Assembly (NCBI GenBank): GCA_013265495.1
Contig: MU060965.1
Coordinates: 496,001 to 560,000, forward strand
Direction: 5' to 3'
Source of the DNA: Vicugna vicugna
Lineage: Eukaryota
Length of the DNA stretch: 64,000 bases
The notes under the pieces were generated by a model. The model saw only the letters and a program-made list of their open reading frames with translations, did not search any database and was not told the DNA's origin. Position 1 is the stretch's first letter; the number at the start of each line of letters is the position of its first letter. This document shows positions 24,301-36,249 of this stretch, in pieces. A program made the position numbers and the translations under genes.

Positions 24301-24387
24301 CTTTCAGCTCAAAATGTGCATCTAACATGCAAGCCAAGCTCAGCAGACGTCTTTGGACTGCGCTGCCCTGTCCTCAAGGATCCAATC

Positions 24388-24831
24388 ATGTGGGGCTTGG
24401 GAGGGCTCCTCCTGTGGCTGCTGCTCCCGCCCCTTCCCCTGCCAGCGGGCGCCGCGGAGCATGAGGAGGTGGCGAGGCAAGCCATCAAGTTGCACCGGGG
24501 CAGAGGGGTGGCGGCCACCCAGGGCCGGCGGTGGGTCCTGGATGGATGCAGGAAGCTCTCTGGGCTTCTTCGCCAGAAGGCTGTGGTTCTTAACAAACTG
24601 AAAAATGCAATCAGAGCCGTGGAAGCTGACGCCAGCCTCTCGGATGAAGAGAAGCTGTTCCAGGTGCACACGTTTGAAATCTTCCAGAAAGAGCTGAATG
24701 AGAGTGAAAACTCAGTCTTCCAGGCCATCCACGGCCTCCAGAGAGCCCTGCAGGGGGACTACAGGGATGTGGTCAACATGAAGGAGAGCAGCCGTCAGCG
24801 CCTAGAGGCCCTGCGGGAGGCAGCCATCAAG
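24388..24831 (+). CDS. TMCO3: TMCO3 first coding exon (exon 2): signal peptide + coiled coil
   Basis: Acceptor CTCTTTCAG| at 24307 and ATG at 24388. Reads [13 protein letters not shown]...[17 protein letters not shown]...LREAAIK, 444 nt, donor |GTCGGT. Confidence 0.95.
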
Positions 24832-26416
24832 GTCGGTCCCGGGCGTGGGCCGTGGGGTGCGGTGGCAGGTGGGAGCCGTGCGGGCCTTTTGCGGCCCAGC
24901 AAAGGCAGGAGAGTCAGTCCCTTTCCACAGAGACTTCGCAGATCTGCATTTGATCCCTCTGCATCTTCCCGGATGCCTTCTTCGAGGTGGAGACCCCAGG
25001 CACTTAAACTCGCACCTCATGTCATCCCAGAAAGCTGATGGGAAATAAGTCCCTTGTAACTGCGGCCAACATGTCCAGTTTCTGACTAGAATTCCTTGTA
25101 GTGTGAGGGTCCACATACTGAAAACAAAAATAGTAAAGTTTGTCTTAAACAAATATATGCATTTGAATTAAAGATTTTGGTGAAGTATAGTTTTAAAATG
25201 ATGAGAAGAAGCTGTCCCTGTGTCGCGTGTGATACTTGTGCAGCTTTCAAAGCTGTCATTTGACCGTCCATTATGTGCCGGGAACTTTAAGTATACAAGC
25301 GTCATTTCATCTTCATAGAACGGCTGTGGCGTCATCACACAGCCTGAAAAGTAGAGGAGACACAAACTTAGCGAACTTCCTTTGTTAGCCGCACTGCGGT
25401 GTTTTTGGTGGAAGTATGGTAGTAGGTAATAGCTGGTCGGGGTGGCCGCCAGCCTGACTGGGCGTCTCGTCTGGCGTGTGTGCCGCGCAGGCTGCGTTGT
25501 TGTGCGTTTTGGGAGATAGACCACAGTGCTGTCTCCAGAGCAGGGGCTCCTGCCTTACCAGATCCTTTGGGCAGTTGAGACATTAAAAGTTTTCAGTTGT
25601 AAAGACGGATTTTTAGCGGTATCGATTTGAGGTAGTTTTAGTATAAAACCAGCGCAAACATGAGTGTGGGTGATACTGGTCCAATATGCGTGCTTTCTAC
25701 GACCCACGTGAACAGTGTTCCCACTGGCGCTGGCCCTCGTTTCTGCCTCTGAAGGGTCCAGGCAGCGGCATGGGGGGGGATTGGTTGCTGAGTGGAGATG
25801 TCCAGGCCGCCACGCGCCCTGGGGCTGCCCTTCCACTCACGGTGCCGGCTCTGCCCACCTCTTTAAGTGTAAATACGTGCTCTAGTAGCAAGGCTGTTGC
25901 TTTAAGGCAGCTTGAGTTTAGATGGTTGTGGAACGTATATGTGTTAAAACCTCCTACCAGCAGCGTCCATCAGTTTTGCGAGTAATTAACGCTGTCAGGT
26001 TCTTCTGGATTATTCCCCTTTGTAACTTGGAGTTTGACTGTGTGTGTTCTGCTTGGAAGTTTACAGCTGAATCGTCCAGTGCCATAGTGGTTTCTAAAGT
26101 ACAGCTGTGCCTCTGCGCATAGTAGGCGCCGCGCCTGCAGCGTAACTGTGTTTGGGGAGTGGTGGTGTGTGAGGCGGCGGCCGTCAGAGTCGACCTAGAG
26201 TCGTGTGCTGCCTCGTTGACGTGTAGTGTGAGGAGTGTCCCCGGGATGGTGCTCTGTACGTGTGAGGGACCCGGGCCCTCGGCTTCCCTGACGTTCGTGC
26301 CCAGGAGGGCCCGGGAGAGTGTGTGTCCACGCAGGGCCCGGCCGGCCAGCTGGGTGGAAGCCGTGTCCTGGTTTGCTCCTTGGTAAGCGCTGCTCTCTGT
26401 TTCTCAAAACGACCAG

Positions 26417-26596
26417 GAGGAGAGGGAATACGTGGAGCTTCTGGCAGCAGAAAAACGTCAAGCTGAAGCCCTTAAACACCTGCAGCATCAAAACAAGAGC
26501 TTATCCATCCTTGACGAGATCCTGGAAGACGTGAGGAGGGCGGCCGACCGCCTGGAGGAGGAGATAGAGGAGCATGCCTTTGATGACAACAAGTCG
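26417..26596 (+). CDS. TMCO3: TMCO3 exon 3
   Basis: CCAG|[13 protein letters not shown]...AFDDNKS|GTGAGT, 180 nt. Confidence 0.96.
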
Positions 26597-26759
26597 GTGA
26601 GTGGCCGCCGCCCTGCCCGCTGGACTCCCCAAGCGGGCGTGCCATGGGGCTTGTTCGTGGGTGTGTTTTGAGTGCAGCTGGAACGTGAAGAGGAAAGCGC
26701 TGTGTGCCTTAGAAGGTGATGGCGTGGCCTAGCAGAGGGACGCGGTGTCCCCCGACTGC

Positions 26760-27490
26760 CCCCGTGTTCTTGTCCACCCCCCGCTCCGTTTCCAGGTTTG
26801 CCCTCAGGCGGCTCGGGCTCTGGTCTCAGGGAAGCCGGGCCGGGCCAGTCGGGATCGGGGTGTACCTGCCAGCGGAGTAGCCCGCTCCTCCCATGAAGCC
26901 GTCTCAGGTCTGAGGCAGGCTGTCAGATGCTCACCCATTATAACAGATTCCAGATTCTTTAGAAAGATGAGACTTGAGTCCAGAGGTTGACTGTGTGTTG
27001 GGGGGGGACGACCCAGAAGAGGGTTAGGCAGTGATGACAAACCAGAGCAGATTAGCACCCTGGAAGCTCTCCGAAGCCCATGCTTTAAGGCCATTTATGT
27101 TGGCTTCGCTATGAGGCTTGTGATGAGCCCAGCCTCCGGCCCTGCTGTCCTCCCGAGGTCAGGAGTGGGGCTGAAGGTCCACCCTCAGAACTGGCTTGTT
27201 CCTCTGGTGACCAGCCCCATCCTGAAGGTACCTGGGTCCTTTCCAGCGTTACCTGGCTAATAGCAGCTCAGGTAGGGTCAAGAGCGGCTTGCCATGAACA
27301 GCAAGAAGCTCTTTCTTGACCCCTATTGTTCTGGGGTGATTTCAGGAACTGGGGACAAAAGACCAAAGGTAAGAAAAGGTGTTTCCATCGGTCTTCATCA
27401 CTCAGGAAGTTACCTGGGTTTGGGAGCTGTGAGCCGGGAAAGGGGATGAAGACAAGATACCTATTTGTTGCCACAAATGACAGTGTCACA
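26760..27490 (+). mobile_element. MER21-like LTR
   Basis: ggaagctctccgaagccc..ggggctgaaggtccaccctc..ttcctctggtgaccagccccatcctga..tcactcaggaagttacctgggtttgggagctgtgagccggga matches the remembered MER21 layout. Confidence 0.6.
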
Positions 27491-27669
27491 CACCGAGTTA
27501 GATGATGTGGGTCTTTGGAAGTAGCAGAAATCCTAAACACGTCCATCTTTAAATCACTTTTTTAAGTGAAAAATTTTGCCTGATTTTCTAATCTGTTGGT
27601 CTTTTGCCACACTTGACAGAATGCTAAAATCATTCCTCTGTAAAGGGTTTACTCTGAAGTTTGAACTTG

Positions 27670-27925
27670 AAAATGTCTCATTTGCAGCAACATGGATGCT
27701 CCCGGAGAATGTCATTCTAAGTGAAGTAAGCCAGAAAGAGAAAGAAAAATACCACATGAGATCGCTCATATGTGGAATCTAAAAAACAAAAACAAAAACA
27801 AACAAACAAAAACAAAGCATAAATACAGGACAGAAATAGACTCACAGACAGAGAATACAGACTTGTGGTTGCCAGGGGGGTGGAGGGTGGGAAGGGATAG
27901 ACTGGGAAGACAAAAAGAAAGAAAA
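27670..27925 (+). mobile_element. Short young L1 3'-region fragment
   Basis: tcatttgcagcaacatggatg..ctaagtgaagtaagccagaaagagaaag..gtggaatctaaaaaac..gactggg followed by an A-rich end. Confidence 0.8.
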
Positions 27926-27968
27926 CGTTTCGTCGGTTTTAGTAACGTAACGTGGGTCTTTCTTACAG

Positions 27969-28160
27969 GTCAAAGGGGTTAACTTTGAGGCGGTTCTGCG
28001 GGTGGAGGAGGAGGAGGCCAGTTCCAGGCGGAACCTCACGAGACGGGAGGTGGAGGAGGACCTGGGCCTCAGCATGCTCATCGACTCCCAGAACAACCAG
28101 TACATTCTCACCAAGCCCAGGGACGCCACCATCCCGCGGGCGGACCACCACCTCATAAAG
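27969..28160 (+). CDS. TMCO3: TMCO3 exon 4
   Basis: TTACAG|[16 protein letters not shown]...RADHHLIK|GTCGCC, 192 nt. Confidence 0.96.
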
Positions 28161-29358
28161 GTCGCCCGCACTGCCCCACCCAGTCCACTGGGGGTGGGGG
28201 GACGCTTCATTTTCTGGGCGTCACACAGTGGGGCACAGCCTTCTCCTAACAGATTCCACTGGAATTGTTTTCTGTGATTTGAAACATTTTCTCTCAATTT
28301 AAAAATTTTTTCCAAGAGACTAAGGCATTTTAATATTTAAAGTTAAAATTAATTTCCTTTTGAGAATTTGGAAGACTTTCGAAGTTAGGAGTTGCTGTGA
28401 TGAGGTCAGAGCTTCGACGATCTGAAAGCCCTTTTCACTGGGTGGCTCACTCTACCGGGCAGAGAGGTTGGGCTGTGACTTGGCGTGCGTTTGTCCAGGT
28501 GTGTCGTGTGGCCGTCTTCTCCAGTGGTGCCACTGCCACGGGGCTGTGCCCTCGGGGCGGGGGGCAGGCCTAGTGGGAGGACGTGGGATGACTTCAAGTT
28601 GATGGTGTGGTTCCAGATCAGTGTGTTTGGACCCAAGTGAGTGACAGGCGTGAAGGTGACCGGTGCACCCTGCTAGGGACCTGGATAAGTTGCTGGGTCT
28701 CCAGCAAAGCTCCCTGATGCTGGAATCTGTGCAGGAAAAGAAACCAAGGCTAAGAGTCCGCTCTTAGAGACGCTGCCAAGACCAGCGGGCTGCAGGGGAC
28801 GAGCGGTCCCCACGGGCTTGTCCTGAGCGCTGACCCCGTGTTGGCTGTGTTGCGTCGGCAGGGCTGTTGCCATCCTTGGTTGTGATGGGGATGGAAACGG
28901 GGAGGGGCTGCGTCTGAGGATGACGCGTCCCCGGGAAAGGGTGGGGCTGCTGCTTCCCCGTTGGTAATTGACATGCCTTCCGGGAGACATTTTGAGGCTG
29001 TGACTCTCCTGCTCCTCGTCACACTGTGACCAGGAGCTTTAGCACAGCTGATGGGTCTGCTCTGAATCAGTTGTCACTGTGATGGTCACGTGGTCTTCAT
29101 GGGGGGAACAGTGGTGAGGGTGCCCCGGCCCCGAATGCTGAGAGGAGGTCAGTGCTCCCAGTCTCACGGGGGCCGAGATGGAGCCCGAGCTGGCAGGCAC
29201 TTCTGACCCCGAGGAGCCGGACTCATCTGCTCCCAGGACATGCGAGCGCCTCTGGCCTCTGCATCAGAGCCCCGTCCACCTGCCGACTCCATGAGCCCCG
29301 CTTTCTCTGGCCACCTGGTACAAAGGTTGGGTTTCTCATCTGTCTCTTCTTATGTCAG

Positions 29359-29487
29359 GACATCGTCACCATCGGGATGTTGTCCTTACCTTGTGGCTGG
29401 CTGTGCACCACAATAGGACTGCCCACCATGTTTGGATACATCATCTGTGGTGTGCTCCTGGGACCCTCGGGACTCAACAGCATTAAG
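29359..29487 (+). CDS. TMCO3: TMCO3 exon 5 (start of the Na+/H+ exchanger-like TM domain)
   Basis: GTCAG|[14 protein letters not shown]...GPSGLNSIK|GTAAGA, 129 nt. Confidence 0.96.
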
Positions 29488-31432
29488 GTAAGAACAAAAC
29501 CTAACTGTTTAATATCTGGCGAACTTGAATTAATGAAGATAGCAGTTTCTTATAAAGAAGGTGCCCTTTGAAGTTTCGTAAGAAATCTCTCAAGCATAAG
29601 AAAGTCTTTTTCTTCATTCATTCATGAGTGACTTGACCAAGGGAAATGACCCTGTTCATGTGTTTAAGATTCTGTTTGCAGTAGTGTGATGGACTTGGTT
29701 GTTCAGACACTGAAAGGGACTAAAAGTGCTGGATTAACGTATTTTTAAAACATGCTTCACCCGCTGAGAAGCTGTCATGGTGAGGACGACCCAGCCGAGG
29801 TGTGGGTGTCATGAGGCTGCTCTATGCCGGGGGCGTTTGTGAGCAGGTGGGCGTGGGCTGTGTCCTTTGCTGAAGACACTTTTGGACAGAAACGACAGAT
29901 TCCCAGGCCTTTGTGGGCTTCAAAATGTGTCCCTAAAAAAACACAATTTGGACAAAATGGAAAGAGAATGCCAAGAAAAGGTGTGCTGGGTCCCACACGG
30001 AAGGAGCTTCTGGTACAGGAGGCGGAGAATAGGCGACAGCGTCCTCAGAACCTCTCTGATGACTGGGGTGGGTGGCTCCACCTGCAGCCTCACCCTGTCT
30101 GATCCCACACCTGTGTTGGGGCTGGAGGGCCTCTGAGCTGAGGGTCCCCCCACAGGCAGCGCCACCTAACCCTGACAGCAGGCAGGCCTGGCCGGCGGGG
30201 ACTTGCAGCCACCTCCTCCTCCAGGCAGGTGGCCTCTGGGAAGCGTGGCTTTAATTCAGTGTTTGAATAGGTAATTTTCACACAATCAACACAGTATGAA
30301 AAGCTGTAGGTGAGAACCCTTTGCCTGCCCTTGACCCAGCTTCCTCTCCAGGGTGTTTGCGAACAGTAGCAAACAAAATGTATTTTCCCCTTCGTTTTGT
30401 CTTAACGGCACAGACACCGCATAAGCAGATTCAGGCTAAGTAAGTAGGTAACAGATCCAGCTGGACACTGTGAATATTCCATTTCCCAATAGATCACCTG
30501 CACCGTGGAAGAACAATGTCATTACGGTAGCTGCGGATGCAACTCCAAGAGCCGACTAGCGGCCGTGGGGCGGTTAGTGGAGGGAGAGTAACTGTACCGA
30601 GTGTCTGTCCTCTGCTAGGGAGTTAACGGGCTTCCGCTTTGTAGGTCGGGAAGTACAGGTGTAGGTGTGTTACTTTGAAGTCACGTTACAGCCCAATTTA
30701 AAAGGGGGAAAGTAGCAGAGAGGAGGCATAACGCTCAGAAGACATGAAGACAGAGCGAGCCTGGTGTTTCATGACGATAGTGTGTGGAGTAAGCTTCCCT
30801 CTGAGAGGCTGTCGAGGAGAAAGTGCAGTAACGAGACTGCGTGAGAGTAAAGCGACTGAGGCAGCTTGGACGTGCAGGGAGGGGGTGCGGGTGAAAGCGG
30901 GGCGGGGTCCGAGGCGTCGCAGCCGGCAGACCGCGGGTGCCCGGCGGGGCACAGGGCACAGGAGTAGCCGGCGTGGCGGGTAAGCACTACCCTCTGCGGG
31001 AGTGCGAGGCTTGGAAAGCACACGGCACCTCCGAGCCCCTGCCGTGCGGTCAGATGCGTCCCGAGAAAACCCCACCCAGAGGAGGGTAGGACACCCTGCC
31101 TAGGCAAGCGCTGAACTCGGGCCACCGCCTCCCCGCTCCACGGAGGACGCGTGGGAGAGGCGCCAGTGGAAACAACAGTGGCAGTTAGTGACCTTGGAAA
31201 CAACTGATCATGAGCTAGTTCCTAGAAAATAAATAAAAACACCCCTCCAACTAATCAAGAAAAAGGAGAAAAACCCACCAGAATCGGGAAGCCCAGGTTA
31301 TCTCAGACACAGAGGAAAGCAGGGTTTTGGGTGGGGTCCCGCTGAGTCTGTCAGGACAAGATTGTTTGTGAAGCACAGGTGACCTGTGGAATGTGTTGAA
31401 TCAGATGGTCTTAAAACTCTCTTGTTTTTCAG

Positions 31433-31525
31433 TCGATCGTGCAGGTGGAGACATTAGGAGAATTTGGCGTGTTCTTTACTCTCTTTCTCGTTGGCCTAGA
31501 ATTTTCCCCAGAGAAGCTGAGAAAG
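31433..31525 (+). CDS. TMCO3: TMCO3 exon 6
   Basis: TTTTTCAG|[31 protein letters not shown]|GTGAGT, 93 nt. Too short to appear in the ORF track. Confidence 0.95.
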
Positions 31526-34412
31526 GTGAGTCCTGTCTGTGTGACTGTCATTGCTCTGCGTGAGCCTCGGCCCCTGCTCGCTGTTTACGCTGGTTTGTGA
31601 CTTGCCTGGCAAGTTAAGTGTTTAGGACAGAATGTGACGTTTTAGTTTGACATTATTTTGGAACAAACTTCAAAAGATAACAGTTTTTAAAAAAAAGGTG
31701 AAAGTTCAATGAGTAAATGAAATTAGCTTTCATGTGACTAATTCTAAAATAAGTCTGAGAAATGATACATTCAGTCACTTTTGGGGGCCCCTCCAAGAAG
31801 GTCCAACACCTTCAGAGGCCATAGTATCACAGGAATTGAACATCCCATGTGTTACCCTGGGAAAAAATTCCTGGTTCTAATTCCTAAGTAAATGGCAGGT
31901 TTTGGCTTCCTGTTCCATCACTGTAAAACGAGGTGTCTGAGAGGTCAGTGGTAGTTGGGACCGTGTGTGAATAAACACTGAAACAGTGGAAGCAGCACTT
32001 CCTCCTGAATGTGTTTGCTTTCAGAATTATTGGCTTGAACGCTGCAGTGTTTCAGGATGGAAGTGAATTAATGAGGAGCTGGTCTGTCTTTGCACAGACG
32101 CACACAGAAGAGGGAAGGCTGCTGGGGGGAGAGAAGGGCGGCTGGTTACAAGCCTGGTCCCGCCCAGTTTTGCCTCCAGCTTAAGGAGGACGCCAGTGTC
32201 CCGGGCTGGACCTAGTTGCTCGCCACACGCATGTCCTTTCTCTGAGCCTCCCGCTCCCGGGTCTGTCCGAGGGGAGACTTTAGTACGAGCGCCTTGGGCT
32301 CTGTTTTAAAGCTAACCCGTGAAGGCGGTCAGCTCCTCGTTGCAGCGTGTTATACGCGAGCTGAAGCAGCCCGAGTCCCCTGGCTAGACTGTGGCAGAGC
32401 TTCTTGCTGGAGGCGACGCAGCCGTTACAAATACTGCAGGAATGGGTAGTCACAAGGGGGACATGTAAAAGTGCCAGAACGCTACATTCAAAAGAAAACC
32501 GTGGGCCTTCCGCGTGACTCTGGCAATGCACCAGGAGCCCAGACGCACGGGAAATAACGCCCCCGGCAGCCGCGGGTGCCCCCCACCCCGTGCTCTCAGA
32601 CCCTCTGGGACGCCAGGCGTCCCTCCACGACGAGCAGCAGCGAGCTTCGGCCGAGGCCTGGTCTGCCGTCCGGGAGCGGCTGCTGCGGTCCTGCTGGCCT
32701 CCCCATCCCCCAGCGCCACCGCCTCTCTGGCCCTGTCTCCTCGGCCTCCTCCTTCCCTGGTAGAAGCTCCACTGTCCCGTCAGCTGCTTATTCTCACCTC
32801 CTTTCAGCCGTTCAGAGTCGGGTCCGTGTTTTCTCCGTGTGCGTTTGTGTCTTTTCCACTTCTGGCGGGGTTACCTCCACATCTTAATTTCTGAATCCAG
32901 AGTTTGAAGAAAATGGGCCACTTTCCTGGGTCTTAAGGAAAACTGGCCGAATTACTCCTGTGACCTCTGGGGATGTGTGTGCAGCAGCAGGGGCAGAGGG
33001 AACCCGGCGGGGACACGGGGCCTCCAGGGTCTCGGGGGCAGGGGTCCCCTCACGGCAGCTCTGAGGAAGCACGGCCCCATGGGGGGCACCGCTGGCTCCT
33101 CTGGGTGAGCTGCGGGATTGGGAGCGAGGCGGGCGGCGTCACCGCACGGCCTTCTCAGCCCCAGCGCCTGCATCACGGGGAGACGCGGGTTTCATCTCGT
33201 CTGGACTGTGACGGTATGTTTCCTGGCACTGTAGTGGTCAGTGTTGGATGAGAGAGTGGAGTTCCTCAGTGTGACGTCTGCTACCTTCATCAGCGTGATG
33301 ATGCTCTGTGGCGCTCTGGGGCTCTGCATCTGGCGACGCAGCCTGGGGGTGGGTGGCTTGGGAAGGCACATCTGCGTTGTGAGTTAGGGGAGAAGCTTGG
33401 TTGGGGAACAGGCCCCTGTTGGGTGCCTTTCGGTCTAGGGTGAGCTGGGGGTCTCTAATGTCCCCTCGGCTCTGACGTCCTCAAGTGCCAGAGACACCGG
33501 CTGCCCCCTGCCGGGCAGCCCTGACCCTGAGCTGCACTGGGAAGGTCTCCCGGCCTCCCTAGGCCCGTGGACCCTGGGTGCAGACGGTCTGCTTCGGTTT
33601 TCCTTTCATTTCTCAGGGGTATGTGACTGACACAGCTGTGGAGCAGCCTCAGGTGAGCGCTGCGATTGTCCTGAGCTGACAGGACTCCTGCCCTGTGGGT
33701 CCCCCGGGCGTGTGTCCAGGTGGGCGCTATTCAGGAGGGTTTGGACGTACCTCCAGTTGCTGGAAGGCTCTTCTTAGGTCATTGGTGAAACCGCCAGAGG
33801 CCTGACGGAAAACCAGTCAGACATGCCTGAGTTGAGGAAGTCCTCCTTGTCCCCGAGGACACACTTCTGTCCTGCCCACTGGTGCCCTCGACTGGCGTTT
33901 ATCTGCAAGGCCCCCGGTGCCTGGTGCCCCCAGACTCCTCCTCACGTAGGTGCGACATCACTGGAGGTGGCGCGTGGTTTCTTCTGGTACCTCTTCCTGC
34001 TTGAGGACTGGCGTTCCAGACACTGGTGGCTGCTCACGTGGGTGTCAGGCACTGTCTGCAGTCTGCATGGTTCCTGCCCCGGCAGGGCTTCTGTTTCAGG
34101 GTTTCTGAGGATGTGTGGGGTTGTTGGCAGGAGTCCTGGAAATCTGAACTTTTGAGAAACAGCTCTTGAGGGTGGACCTCTCCCCTCCTGATAGGACAGT
34201 GGGGCCTGGTCGGCCAGTCACAGCTGAAGATGGACAGCGCTCCATGTCGGGGCTAGGCCTCTGTTCAATTACCTGTGGGCTTCTGCTGTGTGGCCTGGGG
34301 CTCCTGTAGCTCATTTCCTGAGGTCAGACACCCCCGTGGTGGGCGAGCAGGTGGCAGCTGTCCCGGCTGTGGTGCCACCGTGCCTGGCGTGCCGCCCTGT
34401 GTTCTCTCCCAG

Positions 34413-34599
34413 GTGTGGAAGATCTCCCTGCAAGGGCCCTGCTGCATGACACTGCTCATGGTGGCCTGCGGCCTGTTGTGGGGACACGCTCTGCAGATCA
34501 GGCCCACTCAGAGTGTCTTCATCTCCACCTGCCTGTCCCTGTCCAGCACGCCCCTGGTGTGCAAGTTCCTGGTGGGCAGCGCCCGCAGCGAGAAGGAAG
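34413..34599 (+). CDS. TMCO3: TMCO3 exon 7
   Basis: CCCAG|[15 protein letters not shown]...SARSEKE+G|GTGGGT, 187 nt. Confidence 0.96.
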
Positions 34600-35283
34600 G
34601 TGGGTGGCCGTGTGCTCTGCGGTGCTGAAGCCGTCACTGCTGTGTGAATCTGCCCCAGAGGCCTGCTCCCCACGGGGCCACCTGGTGGCTGTGGACACCT
34701 GTGCTTGCGTCCTGCCAGGGACCCGTTCCCCCAACCCCTCTGGACTGAGAAAGAGCCCTCTACGTGCTCGTGAATGTGGGTTGTTTGGGCCCCGCTTAAA
34801 AGAAACGAATCTGTGTTGAAAACCACCCTTTGGAATGTGGGTCAATGTGACGCCCACCTGCAGGGCCTCCTCACCTGGAGGCGGTGAGTGGAGCCTGTCA
34901 GAGAAGACCCTGCTGGGGGGCCGGGCGTGTCTGGCACTGCCCGGCAGGTGAGGCGGGAAGGGGTGGCCAGGTCACTCTTGACCAGTGGGGGGTGGGCACG
35001 ATGAAATGGGCGTCAGTGTCCAGGCCGGTCCTGTTCTTGCTTGCCGCGCCACCTTGTAGTGAGGTGGTTCTGTAACTACGCAGCAAGTGACGAGTGAAAA
35101 TAAAATATCCTGGAGGTTCTCTTTACAAAAAATTGTTTAATCTTTAAAATGTTTCAGTGTTTGTTCTCAAGAGGTTTTAAAGTGTGTATTCTTATTAGAA
35201 GTATCAAAATTCAGTTATTTTGAAAATGTGCACAATGACTGTTTTCACCTGAGACGCTGCAAAGTGAGGCTTCTCCCAAGCAG

Positions 35284-35401
35284 GCGACGTGGACTACAGC
35301 GCCGTGCTGCTCGGAATGCTGGTGGTGCAGGACGTGCAGCTGGGGCTGTTCATTGCGGTCATGCCCACGCTCATCCAGGCGGGGGCCGCCGCACACTCCA
35401 G
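35284..35401 (+). CDS. TMCO3: TMCO3 exon 8
   Basis: AAGCAG|(G)[20 protein letters not shown]...AAHS+AG|GTACGG, 118 nt, phase 1 to 2. Confidence 0.95.
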
Positions 35402-36249
35402 GTACGGACTTTACTTCACATCACGGTTTGTTTTTCTGGTTTCAAATCATTCGTTTGTCAAAATACAACTTAATATGTCTTTCCAAAGACTCAGTGAGAG
35501 CCTACGTGGCACAGGTGAGAGGCACAGAGTAGCAGTGCAGTCACACTGCGTGGGCTCAGACGCTCACCTGTGCATCGTGGGCCGACTGCCAACCTCACGC
35601 TTCCTCGGCGTTGTCGCTGTAAAGTGGAGATGACAGCAGTACTCACCTGGTAGGGGAGTTAGGGGTGAGTGAGCTGAGACGTGAAAGTGCTTGGAACACC
35701 TGGACGCTGTGTGTGTGCGTGTCTGTGAGCTTTGTGTGTGAGGGCCTCCTCGTCACCGTTTCCCCAATCCTTTCCGTTTCTGGATGAAATAATCTGAGAC
35801 CGACACTGCACTTGCTTAGGTTCACATGGAGAGAGAAGCCAAATGGGAAAAATAAATTAAGCCAGGAAGTTGTGGGTTGTGATGCACATGCTGTCATGAC
35901 GAGTACCTGCGAGGGAGTAAATGCACCTGGAAGACAGCGGGCGCCCTGCCAAGCGTAAAGGGAGACTACGCGTGGGTGGGCTGTGAACCTGAGTTTGTTG
36001 TGAGCAAGTACACTACGTGCGTGTAAGTACCGTGCTTTGCTTCCAGAGGCTACGCTTGTTTTATCTGTGACGGAAAAATGATAGCGTTGGTCAGAAACGG
36101 GCAGGCCTTTTGAAATTTCCCTCAGCATCACTGGCATGCTGAGGTCCGTCGCGTTTACCTTACTGCTGCCTTCCCCCCCTTCTTCTTGCTTTTTCGTGTG
36201 CTGGCCAGACGCTAGCACTTGTTGAGTCAGACGGCGGAAGTGGACGCCC

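Noticed and set aside
24268-24387. 40-aa N-terminal extension of TMCO3 in the ORF track
   Set aside because: ATG 24268 is upstream of the good acceptor at 24307. It would need the weak, A-rich alternative acceptor at 24265 and would bury the signal peptide.
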